Source: Bacteroidota bacterium (GTDB lineage Bacteria; Bacteroidota; Bacteroidia; Bacteroidales; FEN-979). From it: 64,000 bases of DNA. Location: NCBI GenBank assembly GCA_026391715.1, contig JAPLDO010000045.1:7189-71188 (forward strand), written 5' to 3'. Positions 25,151 to 34,373 of the stretch are shown piece by piece. The translations under genes and the position numbers were made by a program. Position 1 is the first letter of the stretch, and each line of letters starts with the position of its first letter. The notes beneath the pieces are model-generated. The model was not told the DNA's origin and made no database searches. It saw only the letters and a list, made by a program, of their open reading frames with translations.

Positions 25151-26923
25151 CTATCGTAATTCTGATGTCGCGATTTTGTAGTTCAGCACCAAATTAGTAC
25201 CGGGGTATATTGTTTCAGATTCGTTCAGTAGTTGGATAACCTGCTCAATTGCAAAGTTCATTCTTTGATTAGCCTGGGTATAGATATTCACCGTGAGCCG
25301 ATTGTTTTGATAATCCGGAATAACGTCCGCGGAAGAGTTTATCAAGCTTTTCACCAACGCTCTTTTTTCGTTGACACTTTTCTTGAAATTAGGTGACAAT
25401 AGGTTTGCACAGGAGGTTTCAGCCCTATAGCAGATCATCTTAATGATGTTTTGAAAACGCTTGCTTTCTGTGTTTAGTTTGGTGTATTTAATCTGGTCAG
25501 GCATGTCCTTTATCTTTATCTGACTTGGTATCCGGTCTCTTTTTTCTAACCACGCCTTTTCCTCATCTTCTAATATTTTTAATTCTTCCCTGACGAATAT
25601 CTGTTTTTTCAGGTATTGATTTGTATTGTCTAAATCGTCATTAATATTGTTTTCGATAAGTTCAAATAATGAGGCTTTTCTCCGGCTGATTTTCTCCCTC
25701 ACCTTGCCAATTTTATAGGTTATATTATTGTACTCAGGATTGTTCACAGAAAAGTTTTTATCTATTTGTTCTACTGTATATTGAAGGAGACGGTCAAAGT
25801 CGTAGTCCTGGCGCATGTATTTGAAAAAATTCTCCTGTGTCCAACGGGAAAACATGTATAAAGCAATCATTAGTATGGTTAGCTTCTTATTGGTGGTGAT
25901 CACGCTGGTTTGGTGTCCATCAGATAAACGCCTTATTTCCCTCATCGGCACAGTGTTTAATTCTACCGGTTTTTCTTCCAGTTTCATTTTTGTCTGGTTG
26001 CCTTCAACATCAACTGAATATTCACAGAAACCACCTTCATCCCATCGGTCTTTTACATTTTTTCGGTAAGTAATCACGGCTATGCGGTACTGCTCCCATA
26101 GTTTCTGGAAGAAAACAGGGCTGTAATCTTCCCGGTCAAAGATAATTGTGAAACGGGGAAGGTCGGGATCGTCATGAAGCTGTTGTGCTGTATATTTCAT
26201 TGGCATTTCTTGTAATAATGCCGGGATGATATGTTTGTCCAACATTTCCAGCAACTTCTCATTTACCTCTCCCGTGATATAGAAATATGGCATTCCATTT
26301 CTATTGTTTATCCAAAACTCTTGCATCCCGGGCAGGCATAGCTTTTGCCTTGAAACGTGTTTTTTCCCCAGTTTTGCCTGGTAACCTGTATAAACCTGAA
26401 CATGCCCATCGATATAATAAAATTCGTTTTCTTCTTCCAAAGCCCATTGGTTGGCCAAATCTATGTTCCATTGGGTTGCCTTTTGCTGGATGCATATTTC
26501 TTTTAACTTGCCACGTAAACATTTTGCTTCAGGAACCCGATCCAGTCCCATGATCTTGCCAAATTCACCAGGACTGTAATATTTTAACTTTTCAGGATTT
26601 TTGATTCTTCGCAAGTACATGAATGCCAGAAATAAAACAATAAAATCTATGTAATAGTATCCTTTGGCAAGTTCATGGTAATGATTGTGAAAACTGAACA
26701 ATCCGGTTTGTTCAAGAAATGGCAACAGGAACAAAACACCTGCCCCGGCAACACTTTCACTGGCATCAAATTGTACCGGTGTTGTTTCGATCTGATGGGC
26801 TATTGCCAAAAACCTTTCTTCGATCCTTGTAGCCCCTATGCCGATAAGGTGCGAAGCAAGAATATCCTGTTGATTGCGCTGTGATGGAAAGCTCGGAGCA
26901 GAACCCGTGCTTACAATTTCCAT
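25151..26923 (-). CDS. Putative transposase (orfB), family not determined
   Basis: 590-aa ORF bounded by the inverted repeats, with its stop codon inside the left IR. It is preceded by an HTH orfA with a 13-nt overlap at an A9 run. The FYYIDGHVQVYTG segment is compatible with a DDE-type first Asp region, but this is unverified. Confidence 0.55.
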   Translation of the reverse strand: MEIVSTGSAPSFPSQRNQQDILASHLIGIGATRIEERFLAIAHQIETTPVQFDASESVAGAGVLFLLPFLEQTGLFSFHNHYHELAKGYYYIDFIVLFLAFMYLRRIKNPEKLKYYSPGEFGKIMGLDRVPEAKCLRGKLKEICIQQKATQWNIDLANQWALEEENEFYYIDGHVQVYTGYQAKLGKKHVSRQKLCLPGMQEFWINNRNGMPYFYITGEVNEKLLEMLDKHIIPALLQEMPMKYTAQQLHDDPDLPRFTIIFDREDYSPVFFQKLWEQYRIAVITYRKNVKDRWDEGGFCEYSVDVEGNQTKMKLEEKPVELNTVPMREIRRLSDGHQTSVITTNKKLTILMIALYMFSRWTQENFFKYMRQDYDFDRLLQYTVEQIDKNFSVNNPEYNNITYKIGKVREKISRRKASLFELIENNINDDLDNTNQYLKKQIFVREELKILEDEEKAWLEKRDRIPSQIKIKDMPDQIKYTKLNTESKRFQNIIKMICYRAETSCANLLSPNFKKSVNEKRALVKSLINSSADVIPDYQNNRLTVNIYTQANQRMNFAIEQVIQLLNESETIYPGTNLVLNYKIATSELR

Positions 26924-27387
26924 TTTTTTTTAATGGCGCCCTTCTTTATGTGATATCGTATAGCTCCCTCAGTTACCCCAAGAAGTTTGGCAACATCACA
27001 TACCGAATAAAATTTACTGATCAATTTTTGTGCTTCGCCAAGCATTTCATCTGTAAGCTTATGTGCATCCCCACGCTTTTCCTCCTTATTGAAAAACCAA
27101 TCCGTTCCCTTTTCCCGTAAGGTCTTGGCATATCGCTGCATATTCCGGTTGCTCACTCCTAAGTCCCTTGCAAGGTCAATGGGTGAACAAAGTCCGGTTA
27201 CGACAAGGTTAGCTATAATGTATCGGTAACTGTTAAGATCGTTCTTCTCATGGCAATAAATCGGAGAACCGTTATGAAGATAATAGACAAAATCATCACG
27301 CTCAAACAATCCCACATTCGAATTTATTAACTTTGTCGTTTGTGGAAATATCGGAAGTTGCATTTGCATGTCGCTTTTTTGCTGCAA
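26911..27387 (-). CDS. IS orfA, helix-turn-helix DNA-binding protein
   Basis: 158 aa with two HTH-like segments (IDLARDLGVSNRNMQRYAK and VCDVAKLLGVTEGAIRYHIKKG). It ends in ATT AAA AAA AAA TGG, overlapping the orfB ATG in the -1 frame. Confidence 0.6.
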   Translation of the reverse strand: MQQKSDMQMQLPIFPQTTKLINSNVGLFERDDFVYYLHNGSPIYCHEKNDLNSYRYIIANLVVTGLCSPIDLARDLGVSNRNMQRYAKTLREKGTDWFFNKEEKRGDAHKLTDEMLGEAQKLISKFYSVCDVAKLLGVTEGAIRYHIKKGAIKKKWKL

Positions 27388-27670
27388 AATTGCGACTTCC
27401 TGTTTTACGAAACAAATCTTGTAACTTGTTGACCTGTAAAGAGCAGGTCAGGAGTTCTGAAATTACTATTCAGAGAACAAACAATGCCCAAGTGTTTATA
27501 AAATCCATCGCGCTCACTTAATATGAAGCGTTGCGGGCTATACTTTCCTTTATTGGCTCTGCCATCGCCAGTCCTTCTGTTGTTTTTCTGTCACCCTTTT
27601 TGCAATCCCACCGTGCAGTATCACATTCCATAAAAAGGAATAAATATTCTGGGTACCCATTTGGATACCC

Positions 27671-27700
27671 AAAAAAGAAAAACCCACGACTGGCGTGGGT
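27671..27700 (-). terminator. Rho-independent terminator downstream of tRNA-Leu
   Basis: On the minus strand, an 8-bp stem (aacccacg/cgtgggtt) with a 5-nt loop is followed by TTTCTTTTTT. Confidence 0.6.
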
Positions 27701-27716
27701 TTTAGGGGTGTTTTCG

Positions 27717-27800
27717 TACCCGGAGCCGGAATCGAACCGGCACGGACTTGCATCCATTGGTTTTTGAGACCAACGCGTCTACCTATTCCGCCATCCGGGC
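27717..27800 (-). tRNA. tRNA-Leu (anticodon CAA), type II with long variable arm
   Basis: The reverse complement reads GCCCGGATGGCGGAATAGGTAGACGCGTTGGTCTCAAAAACCAATGGATGCAAGTCCGTGCCGGTTCGATTCCGGCTCCGGGTA. It has a 7-bp acceptor stem, anticodon loop CTCAAAA, T-loop GGTTCGATTCC and discriminator A. CCA is not encoded. Confidence 0.9.
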
Positions 27801-27811
27801 AAAATGCTGCG

Positions 27812-27819
27812 CAAAGATA
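27812..27819 (-). promoter_or_regulatory. Candidate -7 box (TATCTTTG on the minus strand) for tRNA-Leu
   Basis: Plus-strand caaagata, 12 nt upstream of the tRNA 5' end. Confidence 0.5.
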
Positions 27820-27938
27820 AGTATTTAATTTTACCAGAGGGAAATCAATTTTTATTCCGGCACTGAATTAACCAGCCTGGTTTCCAGTCCATCCCAGTCT
27901 GATGACTTATTTAATTTGCGCCTTCTCAATTAATGGCA

Positions 27939-27946
27939 TATCTTTG
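27939..27946 (+). promoter_or_regulatory. Candidate -7 box TATCTTTG for prs
   Basis: Matches TAnnTTTG and lies 23 nt upstream of ATG 27969. It is downstream of the alternative ATG at 27933, which is therefore rejected. Confidence 0.5.
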
Positions 27947-27968
27947 CGCCACGAAATCCCCCCTCACA

Positions 27969-28901
27969 ATGGCAGCAAAGATCAACATCTTTTCAGGTTC
28001 GGCAACAGCGGGCCTGGCTGAGAAAATTGCGCAAGGTTACGGCATTGAACTTGGCAAATCTTCGGTTGTAAGATATGCCGATGGCGAGTTTCAGCCTTCT
28101 TTTGACGAAAATATCCGCGGGTCGGACGTTTTCCTAATTCAATCAACACACGCGCCATCGGAGAACCTTTTCGAATTGCTTATGCTGATTGATGCAGCGC
28201 GCCGCGCTTCAGCCAAATCAATTGTAGCCGTGATTCCCTACTTCGGTTATGCCCGACAGGACCGTAAAGATAAACCGCGTGTTTCGATTGCGGCAAAACT
28301 CGTTGCAAACCTGCTATCGGCAGCAGGCGTGAACCGCGTTATTGCACTCGACCTTCATGCCGACCAGATTCAGGGCTTTTTTGATGTTCCGGTTGATCAC
28401 CTTTATGCATCTTCTGTATTCATTCCATACCTGAAAACCCTCCATATTCCCGATCTTACCTTTGCATCGCCCGATACCGGCGGAACCCGGCGCGCAGGCT
28501 CTTATGCAAAATTCTTCCACGCCAATTTCGTGATTTGTTATAAACACCGGTCAAAACCAAATGAAATAGCAAAAATGAGGCTCGTAGGGGATGTGAAAGG
28601 AAAAGATGTGATTCTCCTCGATGATATTGTGGATACCGGAGGAACGTTATGTAAAGCCGCAGAGATAATCATGGAACAAGGGGCATTATCGGTTCGCGCT
28701 ATGGTTACTCATCCTCTGCTATCGGGAAATGCTTATGAAGATATTGAAAAATCAGCCTTGAATGAACTGATCGTTACCGATACAATCCCTCTTCAACATG
28801 AAAGCGAAAAGATAAGAGTACTCAGTACCGCCGACCTTTTTGCCGAAGTAATAAGACGATTGAAAAGGAGAGAATCAATCTCCTCGCTGTTTAAGTTTTG
28901 A
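27969..28901 (+). CDS. prs: Ribose-phosphate pyrophosphokinase (PRPP synthetase)
   Basis: MAAKINIFSGSATAGLAEKIA..., YFGYARQDRK, and the PRPP-binding loop VILLDDIVDTGGT. Confidence 0.9.
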   Translation: MAAKINIFSGSATAGLAEKIAQGYGIELGKSSVVRYADGEFQPSFDENIRGSDVFLIQSTHAPSENLFELLMLIDAARRASAKSIVAVIPYFGYARQDRKDKPRVSIAAKLVANLLSAAGVNRVIALDLHADQIQGFFDVPVDHLYASSVFIPYLKTLHIPDLTFASPDTGGTRRAGSYAKFFHANFVICYKHRSKPNEIAKMRLVGDVKGKDVILLDDIVDTGGTLCKAAEIIMEQGALSVRAMVTHPLLSGNAYEDIEKSALNELIVTDTIPLQHESEKIRVLSTADLFAEVIRRLKRRESISSLFKF

Positions 28902-28911
28902 AATTTTTCTA

Positions 28912-28919
28912 TACCTTTG
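28912..28919 (+). promoter_or_regulatory. Candidate -7 box TACCTTTG for rplY
   Basis: Matches TAnnTTTG, 63 nt upstream of ATG 28982. Confidence 0.4.
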
Positions 28920-28944
28920 CAGCCCTTTAAAAAGAGGGAATTTT

Positions 28945-28980
28945 CAATCAAATCAATCAAATCAATTAATTCAATCAAAT
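28945..28980 (+). repeat. 9-bp tandem repeat (CAATCAAAT x4, one variant) ending 1 nt before the rplY start codon
   Basis: caatcaaat caatcaaat caattaatt caatcaaat t ATG. The tract is completely G-free. Confidence 0.85.
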
Positions 28981-28981
28981 T

Positions 28982-29605
28982 ATGAAAACGGTATCATTGA
29001 GCGGTTCTCTTCGCGAGAACGTAGGGAAAAAAGATGCCAAAATGCACCGCAAAGAATTCAAAGTACCTTGCGTGATGTATGGCGGAAAAGAACAAATTCA
29101 CTTTGTGGCAGGTGAAAAGGAACTTATGAAGATTATGCACTCTCCGGTGGTTTATATCTTCAATCTGAAAATTGCCGGCAAAGAACATACAACAATCGTT
29201 CAGGATGTTCAGTATCACCCGGTCACCGACCGTATGCTGCACGTTGATTTCATGCAGATCCTTCCTGAAAAACCTGTTATTATCGGAGTTCCTATAAAAG
29301 TTATCGGTACAGCGCCTGGCGTGCTACGCGGCGGTAAACTGGTTAAAAAGATGCGCAAACTGGCTATTAAAGCCTTGGTGCAACATCTCCCGGATGAGAT
29401 TACCGTTTCTATTGACTCATTGGATATCGGAAATACCCTTAAGGTTTCTGATTTGACACTCGAAAATGTCACATTCCTCGACCCTGCAAGTTCGGTTATC
29501 GTTTCTGTTCAAACAGCCCGCGCGGTTGTTGAAGAAGTCGTTCCCGGAGCTGAAGGCGCTGCCGCTACTGCCGCCGCACCTGCAACAGGCGCAAAGAAAG
29601 CATAA
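28982..29605 (+). CDS. rplY: 50S ribosomal protein L25 / general stress protein Ctc
   Basis: 207 aa with an L25/Ctc-like N-terminus (LSGSLRENVGKKDAKMHRKEFKVPCVMYGG) and an Ala-rich tail. It sits in the conserved prs-ctc-pth neighbourhood. Confidence 0.85.
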   Translation: MKTVSLSGSLRENVGKKDAKMHRKEFKVPCVMYGGKEQIHFVAGEKELMKIMHSPVVYIFNLKIAGKEHTTIVQDVQYHPVTDRMLHVDFMQILPEKPVIIGVPIKVIGTAPGVLRGGKLVKKMRKLAIKALVQHLPDEITVSIDSLDIGNTLKVSDLTLENVTFLDPASSVIVSVQTARAVVEEVVPGAEGAAATAAAPATGAKKA

Positions 29606-29628
29606 CGTAATTATTTTTAATATTCAGG

Positions 29629-29668
29629 AAAGGTGTAGGGCGGGGACTTTACACCTTTTTTGTTTTGT
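29629..29668 (+). terminator. Rho-independent terminator after rplY
   Basis: Perfect 9-bp stem aaaggtgta/tacaccttt (29629-29637 / 29650-29658) with a 12-nt loop, followed by TTTGTTTTG. Confidence 0.7.
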
Positions 29669-29705
29669 ATTGAAATAGTGAGATGACGAAATAGCGAAAT
29701 TTTAG

Positions 29706-30269
29706 ATGAAGTATCTGATAGTTGGGTTGGGAAATATTGGCGATGAATATGCCGATACCCGACATAATATCGGTTTTATTGCGGCGGATGCATTGACTTT
29801 GTCATTGAAGTCAACTTTTTCAACAGATCGGTATGCGGCGGTTGCAAAAGGATCTATCAAAGGAAGAATCCTGATCATCATAAAGCCATCTACCTTCATG
29901 AACCTGAGTGGGAAAGCGGTGCGGTACTGGTTGCAGAAAGAGGAAATTCCGCTTGAAAATATGCTCGTAATTGTTGATGATCTTGCTCTTCCGTTAGGTT
30001 CTCTCCGGCTTAAAACCAAAGGCGGCGACGGCGGTCACAACGGACTGATAAGCATAATTGAAACCATCGGAAGCGCCGATTTCTCAAGATTACGCATCGG
30101 TATCGGCAATGATTTTTCCAAAGGATACCAGGTTGATTATGTGCTTGGACGCTGGACATCCGAAGAACAGAAAACGCTTACCCCCCGGATTGAAACTACC
30201 ATTGAATTAATCAAAAGCTTCGTCCTTATCGGACCTGAGCGGACGATGAATTTCTTTAATAAAAAATAA
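29706..30269 (+). CDS. pth: Peptidyl-tRNA hydrolase
   Basis: [28 protein letters not shown] and GGHNGL motifs. Confidence 0.9.
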   Translation: MKYLIVGLGNIGDEYADTRHNIGFIAADALTLSLKSTFSTDRYAAVAKGSIKGRILIIIKPSTFMNLSGKAVRYWLQKEEIPLENMLVIVDDLALPLGSLRLKTKGGDGGHNGLISIIETIGSADFSRLRIGIGNDFSKGYQVDYVLGRWTSEEQKTLTPRIETTIELIKSFVLIGPERTMNFFNKK

Positions 30270-30275
30270 TATCAG

Positions 30276-31727
30276 ATGAAACATGCCTGCCTGCCGTTTG
30301 TCTTGATTTTTCTACTGTTTTGCAATACCTTTATTCTCCCTGGTCAAAATGTTTCACTCCAGACCTGCTTTTCAATCGCACAAAAAAATAACCTCCTGAT
30401 CAGGCAATCGCAGCATAGTATTCTGTCGCGAAAATATGCCCTGGCGGCTGAAAGACTTTCTATACTTCCTTCGGTTGATCTGCTGGCAGGCTACAACTAT
30501 CTGAGCAATCCGCTTACGATAAATCTGCAGACGGTTAAAAATGGAGTGGTTCTCGGCTCGTCACAGCAAAGCGTGTATGCTGCAAATGAAGTTTACCGGC
30601 AAATCACCGGCGAGAACCTGCCGGGACCGGCGCAGCAGGAGATATACAACACGTCTAAAAAAATTATCGAAACGGCTTACCCCGACTACAACCCGGAATT
30701 AAGCCGGCAACAGTATTTTACAGCGGGGTTGTTCGTCAGACAGCCGATTTGGCTTGGAGGCAAGCTGAGTACAGCGCGGAATGTGGCTTCAACAGAGCTT
30801 AAATCGGGGTTGCTAAACCAGCAGATGATCGAAAATGAGTTGGATTTAACTATTGCCATTCAGTACATCCGGATTCTTTATCTTAATACAATCAATGAAC
30901 TGAATAAGGAAACGGTGACGGCTTTTGAGAAAAATGAAAATTTCGCAAATGAACTTGTTAAAAACAACATTATCCCGCCGTACTTCCAAAGCTGGACAAA
31001 AGTTTTGCTTGTGCAAGCGCGAAGCCGTCAAAACAATACGTTGCTCGATAAACAAAATGCCCTCGCAGAAATGAACCGGTTACTTGGCGTTCCGGCAGAT
31101 ACAACCCTTAAAATAGAGGATTCGCTTCGTTACCGGCAAACCGCAATGCAGTCGCCGGAAAATAATCTTTCATTGCAGAATCCGCTGGCGCTGATTGCAG
31201 GAAATAACACGATCCTCGCGCAGACAAACATCAAAGGAGCCAGGTCGCTGCTTCTTCCAAACCTTTTCGGAATTGCCAATATAAACCTTTATCAGAAAGA
31301 CCTTCCTGTTACAACGCCTCCCTGGATGGTTGGATTGGAGCTTCAGTGGAGCCTTTTCGACGGATTCAAAAATTATAAACGGGTTCAGGCGTCGAAACAA
31401 ATTGCAGAGGAAGTTTCGCTACAGGAAGAAAACACCCGTACCGGAATAAATACAAATATTGCGGTTGCGCTAAACAGGCTTAAATCGCTCCGGCAGGATA
31501 TTGCCGCCCTCGACAGCGCCCGAAGCGAGGCGAAAATCACTACTTCGCTCATTGACGAACGCGCCAGAAATAATTTTTCCTCCCCCAAAGATATCAACGA
31601 CGCGCTGATAATTCAGGAAGAGATTGAAAAAACTTATTACGCCGCAGTTTTAGGATATTACATAGCGCTTGCCGAATATTTTAACCTTACCGGCGCTTCA
31701 TACAAGATAACAGAATATTTGAAATAA
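30276..31727 (+). CDS. TolC-family outer-membrane efflux protein
   Basis: 483 aa with a signal peptide and two repeated coiled-coil/barrel halves typical of outer-membrane efflux proteins. It is followed by an HlyD-type adaptor gene. Confidence 0.75.
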   Translation: MKHACLPFVLIFLLFCNTFILPGQNVSLQTCFSIAQKNNLLIRQSQHSILSRKYALAAERLSILPSVDLLAGYNYLSNPLTINLQTVKNGVVLGSSQQSVYAANEVYRQITGENLPGPAQQEIYNTSKKIIETAYPDYNPELSRQQYFTAGLFVRQPIWLGGKLSTARNVASTELKSGLLNQQMIENELDLTIAIQYIRILYLNTINELNKETVTAFEKNENFANELVKNNIIPPYFQSWTKVLLVQARSRQNNTLLDKQNALAEMNRLLGVPADTTLKIEDSLRYRQTAMQSPENNLSLQNPLALIAGNNTILAQTNIKGARSLLLPNLFGIANINLYQKDLPVTTPPWMVGLELQWSLFDGFKNYKRVQASKQIAEEVSLQEENTRTGINTNIAVALNRLKSLRQDIAALDSARSEAKITTSLIDERARNNFSSPKDINDALIIQEEIEKTYYAAVLGYYIALAEYFNLTGASYKITEYLK

Positions 31728-31732
31728 ACCAG

Positions 31733-32725
31733 ATGAAAAAATTCATTACCCAATACTGGACCATCTTCGTTCCGGTTGTAGTTTTGATTGTTGCATTGCT
31801 TTTTCTCATTAAGAGGAGCGGACAAACCGAAGAAAACACGGTTATCGGAATGGCGGATGCAGAATTTATCAATATTTCATCAACCATTCCCGGAAAAATG
31901 GACTCATTGCCGGTCCACGAGGGTGACACCGTAAAGGAAAATCAGCTACTGGCGGTACTCGGCAGTACCGAAGTGCACACATTTCAACAACAGGCGCGGC
32001 TGAACCTCGAAGCTGCAACAATACAACTCGAATTGCTGCGCAAGGGAACGCGTCCCGAACTGATCGGCATGGCGCAGAATCTTTACCAGGTTTCGCAACA
32101 ACAGTATGAAGTTGCAAAGCAAACCAATGAACGGATCGAAAACCTTTATAAAAACCAGGTAATTTCGGGCGAAGAAAGGGATTTGATCCAGTTGCAATAC
32201 CTGGCGTCGAAGCATGAAATGGAATCGGCAAAAATGAACTACGACATGTTGCAGAAAGGCAATCAGCCTGAAATTATTAAAGCCGCGCAGGTTGGCGTTC
32301 AGCAGGCTGAACAGGGGCTTCTCTTATCGCAAACGATAACCGGCGACGCCCGCATTTTTTCGCCCGCCGACGGCATTATTTCATCGGTAGTAATTCACAA
32401 AGGCGAATTTGTTTCTATTGGTTATCCCATTATTACACTGATGAAGAAAGGCACACAATTCATAAGGTTCAACCTCAGGCAGGATAAGATGAAAGGAATT
32501 GAGCCGGGGAAGGTTTTCAACGTCAAAATGCCCGGTTGCGAGCCGGAAACATTTGAAACCAGGGTTTCGCACATCGAACCATCGCTTGAATTTGCCGATT
32601 GGGTTCCCACAAAAGAAACAGGACAGTTTGAACTTCGCACTTTTACGGTTGAGTTTGAACTCGTAAACGCTTCATCTATTCGTGGATTTCGTCCCGGTAT
32701 GACTGCCTCATTAATTCTTCCATGA
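31733..32725 (+). CDS. HlyD-family periplasmic adaptor (membrane fusion protein)
   Basis: 330 aa with an N-terminal TM anchor, a lipoyl-like segment (VHEGDTVKENQLLAVL), a long coiled coil and a C-terminal beta-barrel domain. Confidence 0.8.
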   Translation: MKKFITQYWTIFVPVVVLIVALLFLIKRSGQTEENTVIGMADAEFINISSTIPGKMDSLPVHEGDTVKENQLLAVLGSTEVHTFQQQARLNLEAATIQLELLRKGTRPELIGMAQNLYQVSQQQYEVAKQTNERIENLYKNQVISGEERDLIQLQYLASKHEMESAKMNYDMLQKGNQPEIIKAAQVGVQQAEQGLLLSQTITGDARIFSPADGIISSVVIHKGEFVSIGYPIITLMKKGTQFIRFNLRQDKMKGIEPGKVFNVKMPGCEPETFETRVSHIEPSLEFADWVPTKETGQFELRTFTVEFELVNASSIRGFRPGMTASLILP

Positions 32726-32780
32726 AGATGACCCAATCAAGGATGGGGCAACTGTGAATTTTTATTAAGGAAAATATTAA

Positions 32781-34373
32781 ATGGCTAAAACAGCAAAGAC
32801 AGAACAAGAAGAACCATTGAAAGTTAAACTCTGGAAAGCAGCCGACAAGCTCCGCAAAAATATGGATGCTGCCGAATACAAACACGTTGCTTTAGGCTTA
32901 ATATTCCTGAAATATATTTCGGATGCTTTTGAGGAACAATATCAAAAATTGGTAGCTCAAAAAAATGAGGGCGCAGATTCCGAAGATAAAAACGAATACA
33001 TAGCAGAAAAGGTGTTTTTTGTCCCGGTTATGGCTCGTTGGACATACATTCAAGGCAGAGCGACACAGCCAACCATAGGCAAAGACATTGATGATGCAAT
33101 GGATGCCATTGAAAAAGACAATCCTTCATTACGTGGCGTTTTGCCAAAAGTATTTGCACAAGAAAAATTAGACAAAACAAGTTTGGGAGGACTGGTTAAT
33201 CTTGTTGGCTCTGCAACATTAGGAACAAAAGAAGCACAGAGCAAGGACTTGTTGGGACAAGTATTTGAATACTTCCTGGGCGAATTTGCTTTAGCGGAAG
33301 GCAAAAAAGGTGGACAGTTTTATACACCTTCAAGTGTTGTGAAATTATTGGTTGAAATGCTTGAACCTTATGAAGGACGTGTATTTGACCCTTGTTGTGG
33401 TAGCGGTGGAATGTTTGTGCAAAGCGAAAAGTTTATCAAATCGCATCAGGACAATTACAAGAAAAAAGGCAAAACTGGTTTGTCATTAAACCCAACCGAC
33501 CGCATTTCAATTTACGGACAAGAGAGTAACCAAACCACCTGGCGTTTGGCAAAAATGAATTTATCTATTCGGGGCATCGACAGCAGTAATGTAAAATGGA
33601 ACAACGAAGGTTCGTTTTTGAACGATGCCCACAAAGATTTGAAAGCTGATTATATTATTGCCAACCCACCGTTTAACGACAGCGATTGGAGCGGCGAACT
33701 ACTGCGTGACGATGCAAGATGGAAGGTGTTGGGTGAAAAACTAACGCCACCAACAGGAAACGCCAACTATGCATGGATTCAACATTTCCTTTACCATTTG
33801 GCGCCCACGGGGCAGGCAGGTTTTGTTTTGTCAAAGGGCGCTTTGACGACCAATACTACAGGCGAAGGCGATATAAGAAAATCTTTGGTAGAAAAAGGTT
33901 TGGTAGATTGCATAGTAAATTTGCCAACAAAATTGTTTTTAAATACGCAAATACCTGCTTGTTTGTGGTTTCTATCCCGAAACAAATCCAATGGTGGTTT
34001 TAGAAAACGAGAAAATGAAATTTTGTTTATTGATGCCCGAAACATGGGTTTTTTGGTAAACCGAAAAAACAGGGAATTAAGCGATGATGATATTTCTTTA
34101 ATTGCAGGTACATATCACAATTGGCGAACGCCGGATGGAAATTATGAAGATGTAGCCGGCTTTTGCAAAGTGGCCACAATAGAAGAAGTAGCTAAGCTTA
34201 ATTATGTATTAACCCCTGGTAGATATGTTGGTTTAGCCGATGAAGAAGACGACTTCAATTTTGTGGAACGCTTTACTTCTTTAAAAACAGAACTGGAAAA
34301 CCAGATTGCCGAAGAAGCAGAACTGAACCGGAAAATTGCAGAGAATTTGTCGAAAATTAAACTACCCAAATAA
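32781..34373 (+). CDS. hsdM: Type I restriction-modification system, DNA methyltransferase subunit
   Basis: 530 aa. AdoMet motif I FDPCCGSGGMF, catalytic motif IV IIANPPFN, and an HsdM N-terminal domain (LWKAADKLRKNMDAAEYKHVALGLIFLKYISD). Confidence 0.9.
   Translation: MAKTAKTEQEEPLKVKLWKAADKLRKNMDAAEYKHVALGLIFLKYISDAFEEQYQKLVAQKNEGADSEDKNEYIAEKVFFVPVMARWTYIQGRATQPTIGKDIDDAMDAIEKDNPSLRGVLPKVFAQEKLDKTSLGGLVNLVGSATLGTKEAQSKDLLGQVFEYFLGEFALAEGKKGGQFYTPSSVVKLLVEMLEPYEGRVFDPCCGSGGMFVQSEKFIKSHQDNYKKKGKTGLSLNPTDRISIYGQESNQTTWRLAKMNLSIRGIDSSNVKWNNEGSFLNDAHKDLKADYIIANPPFNDSDWSGELLRDDARWKVLGEKLTPPTGNANYAWIQHFLYHLAPTGQAGFVLSKGALTTNTTGEGDIRKSLVEKGLVDCIVNLPTKLFLNTQIPACLWFLSRNKSNGGFRKRENEILFIDARNMGFLVNRKNRELSDDDISLIAGTYHNWRTPDGNYEDVAGFCKVATIEEVAKLNYVLTPGRYVGLADEEDDFNFVERFTSLKTELENQIAEEAELNRKIAENLSKIKLPK

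Larger units (their letters stand above)
25136..27461 (-). mobile_element. Insertion sequence (2,326 bp) with 17-bp perfect terminal inverted repeats and two overlapping ORFs
   Basis: ttcagaactcctgacct at 25136-25152 is the exact reverse complement of 27445-27461. The repeats enclose orfA (HTH) and orfB (putative transposase). No flanking direct repeat was seen. Confidence 0.75.

Noticed and set aside
27518-27767. ORFs of 67-79 aa overlapping the tRNA-Leu gene and its terminator.
   Set aside because: They are explained by the tRNA (27717-27800) and the non-coding flank, and they have no coding features.
25136-27800. Integrative element or prophage integrated at tRNA-Leu.
   Set aside because: No integrase or recombinase gene, no duplicated tRNA 3' segment (attL/attR) and no phage genes. 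Only a compact IS bounded by its own 17-bp inverted repeats lies near the tRNA.
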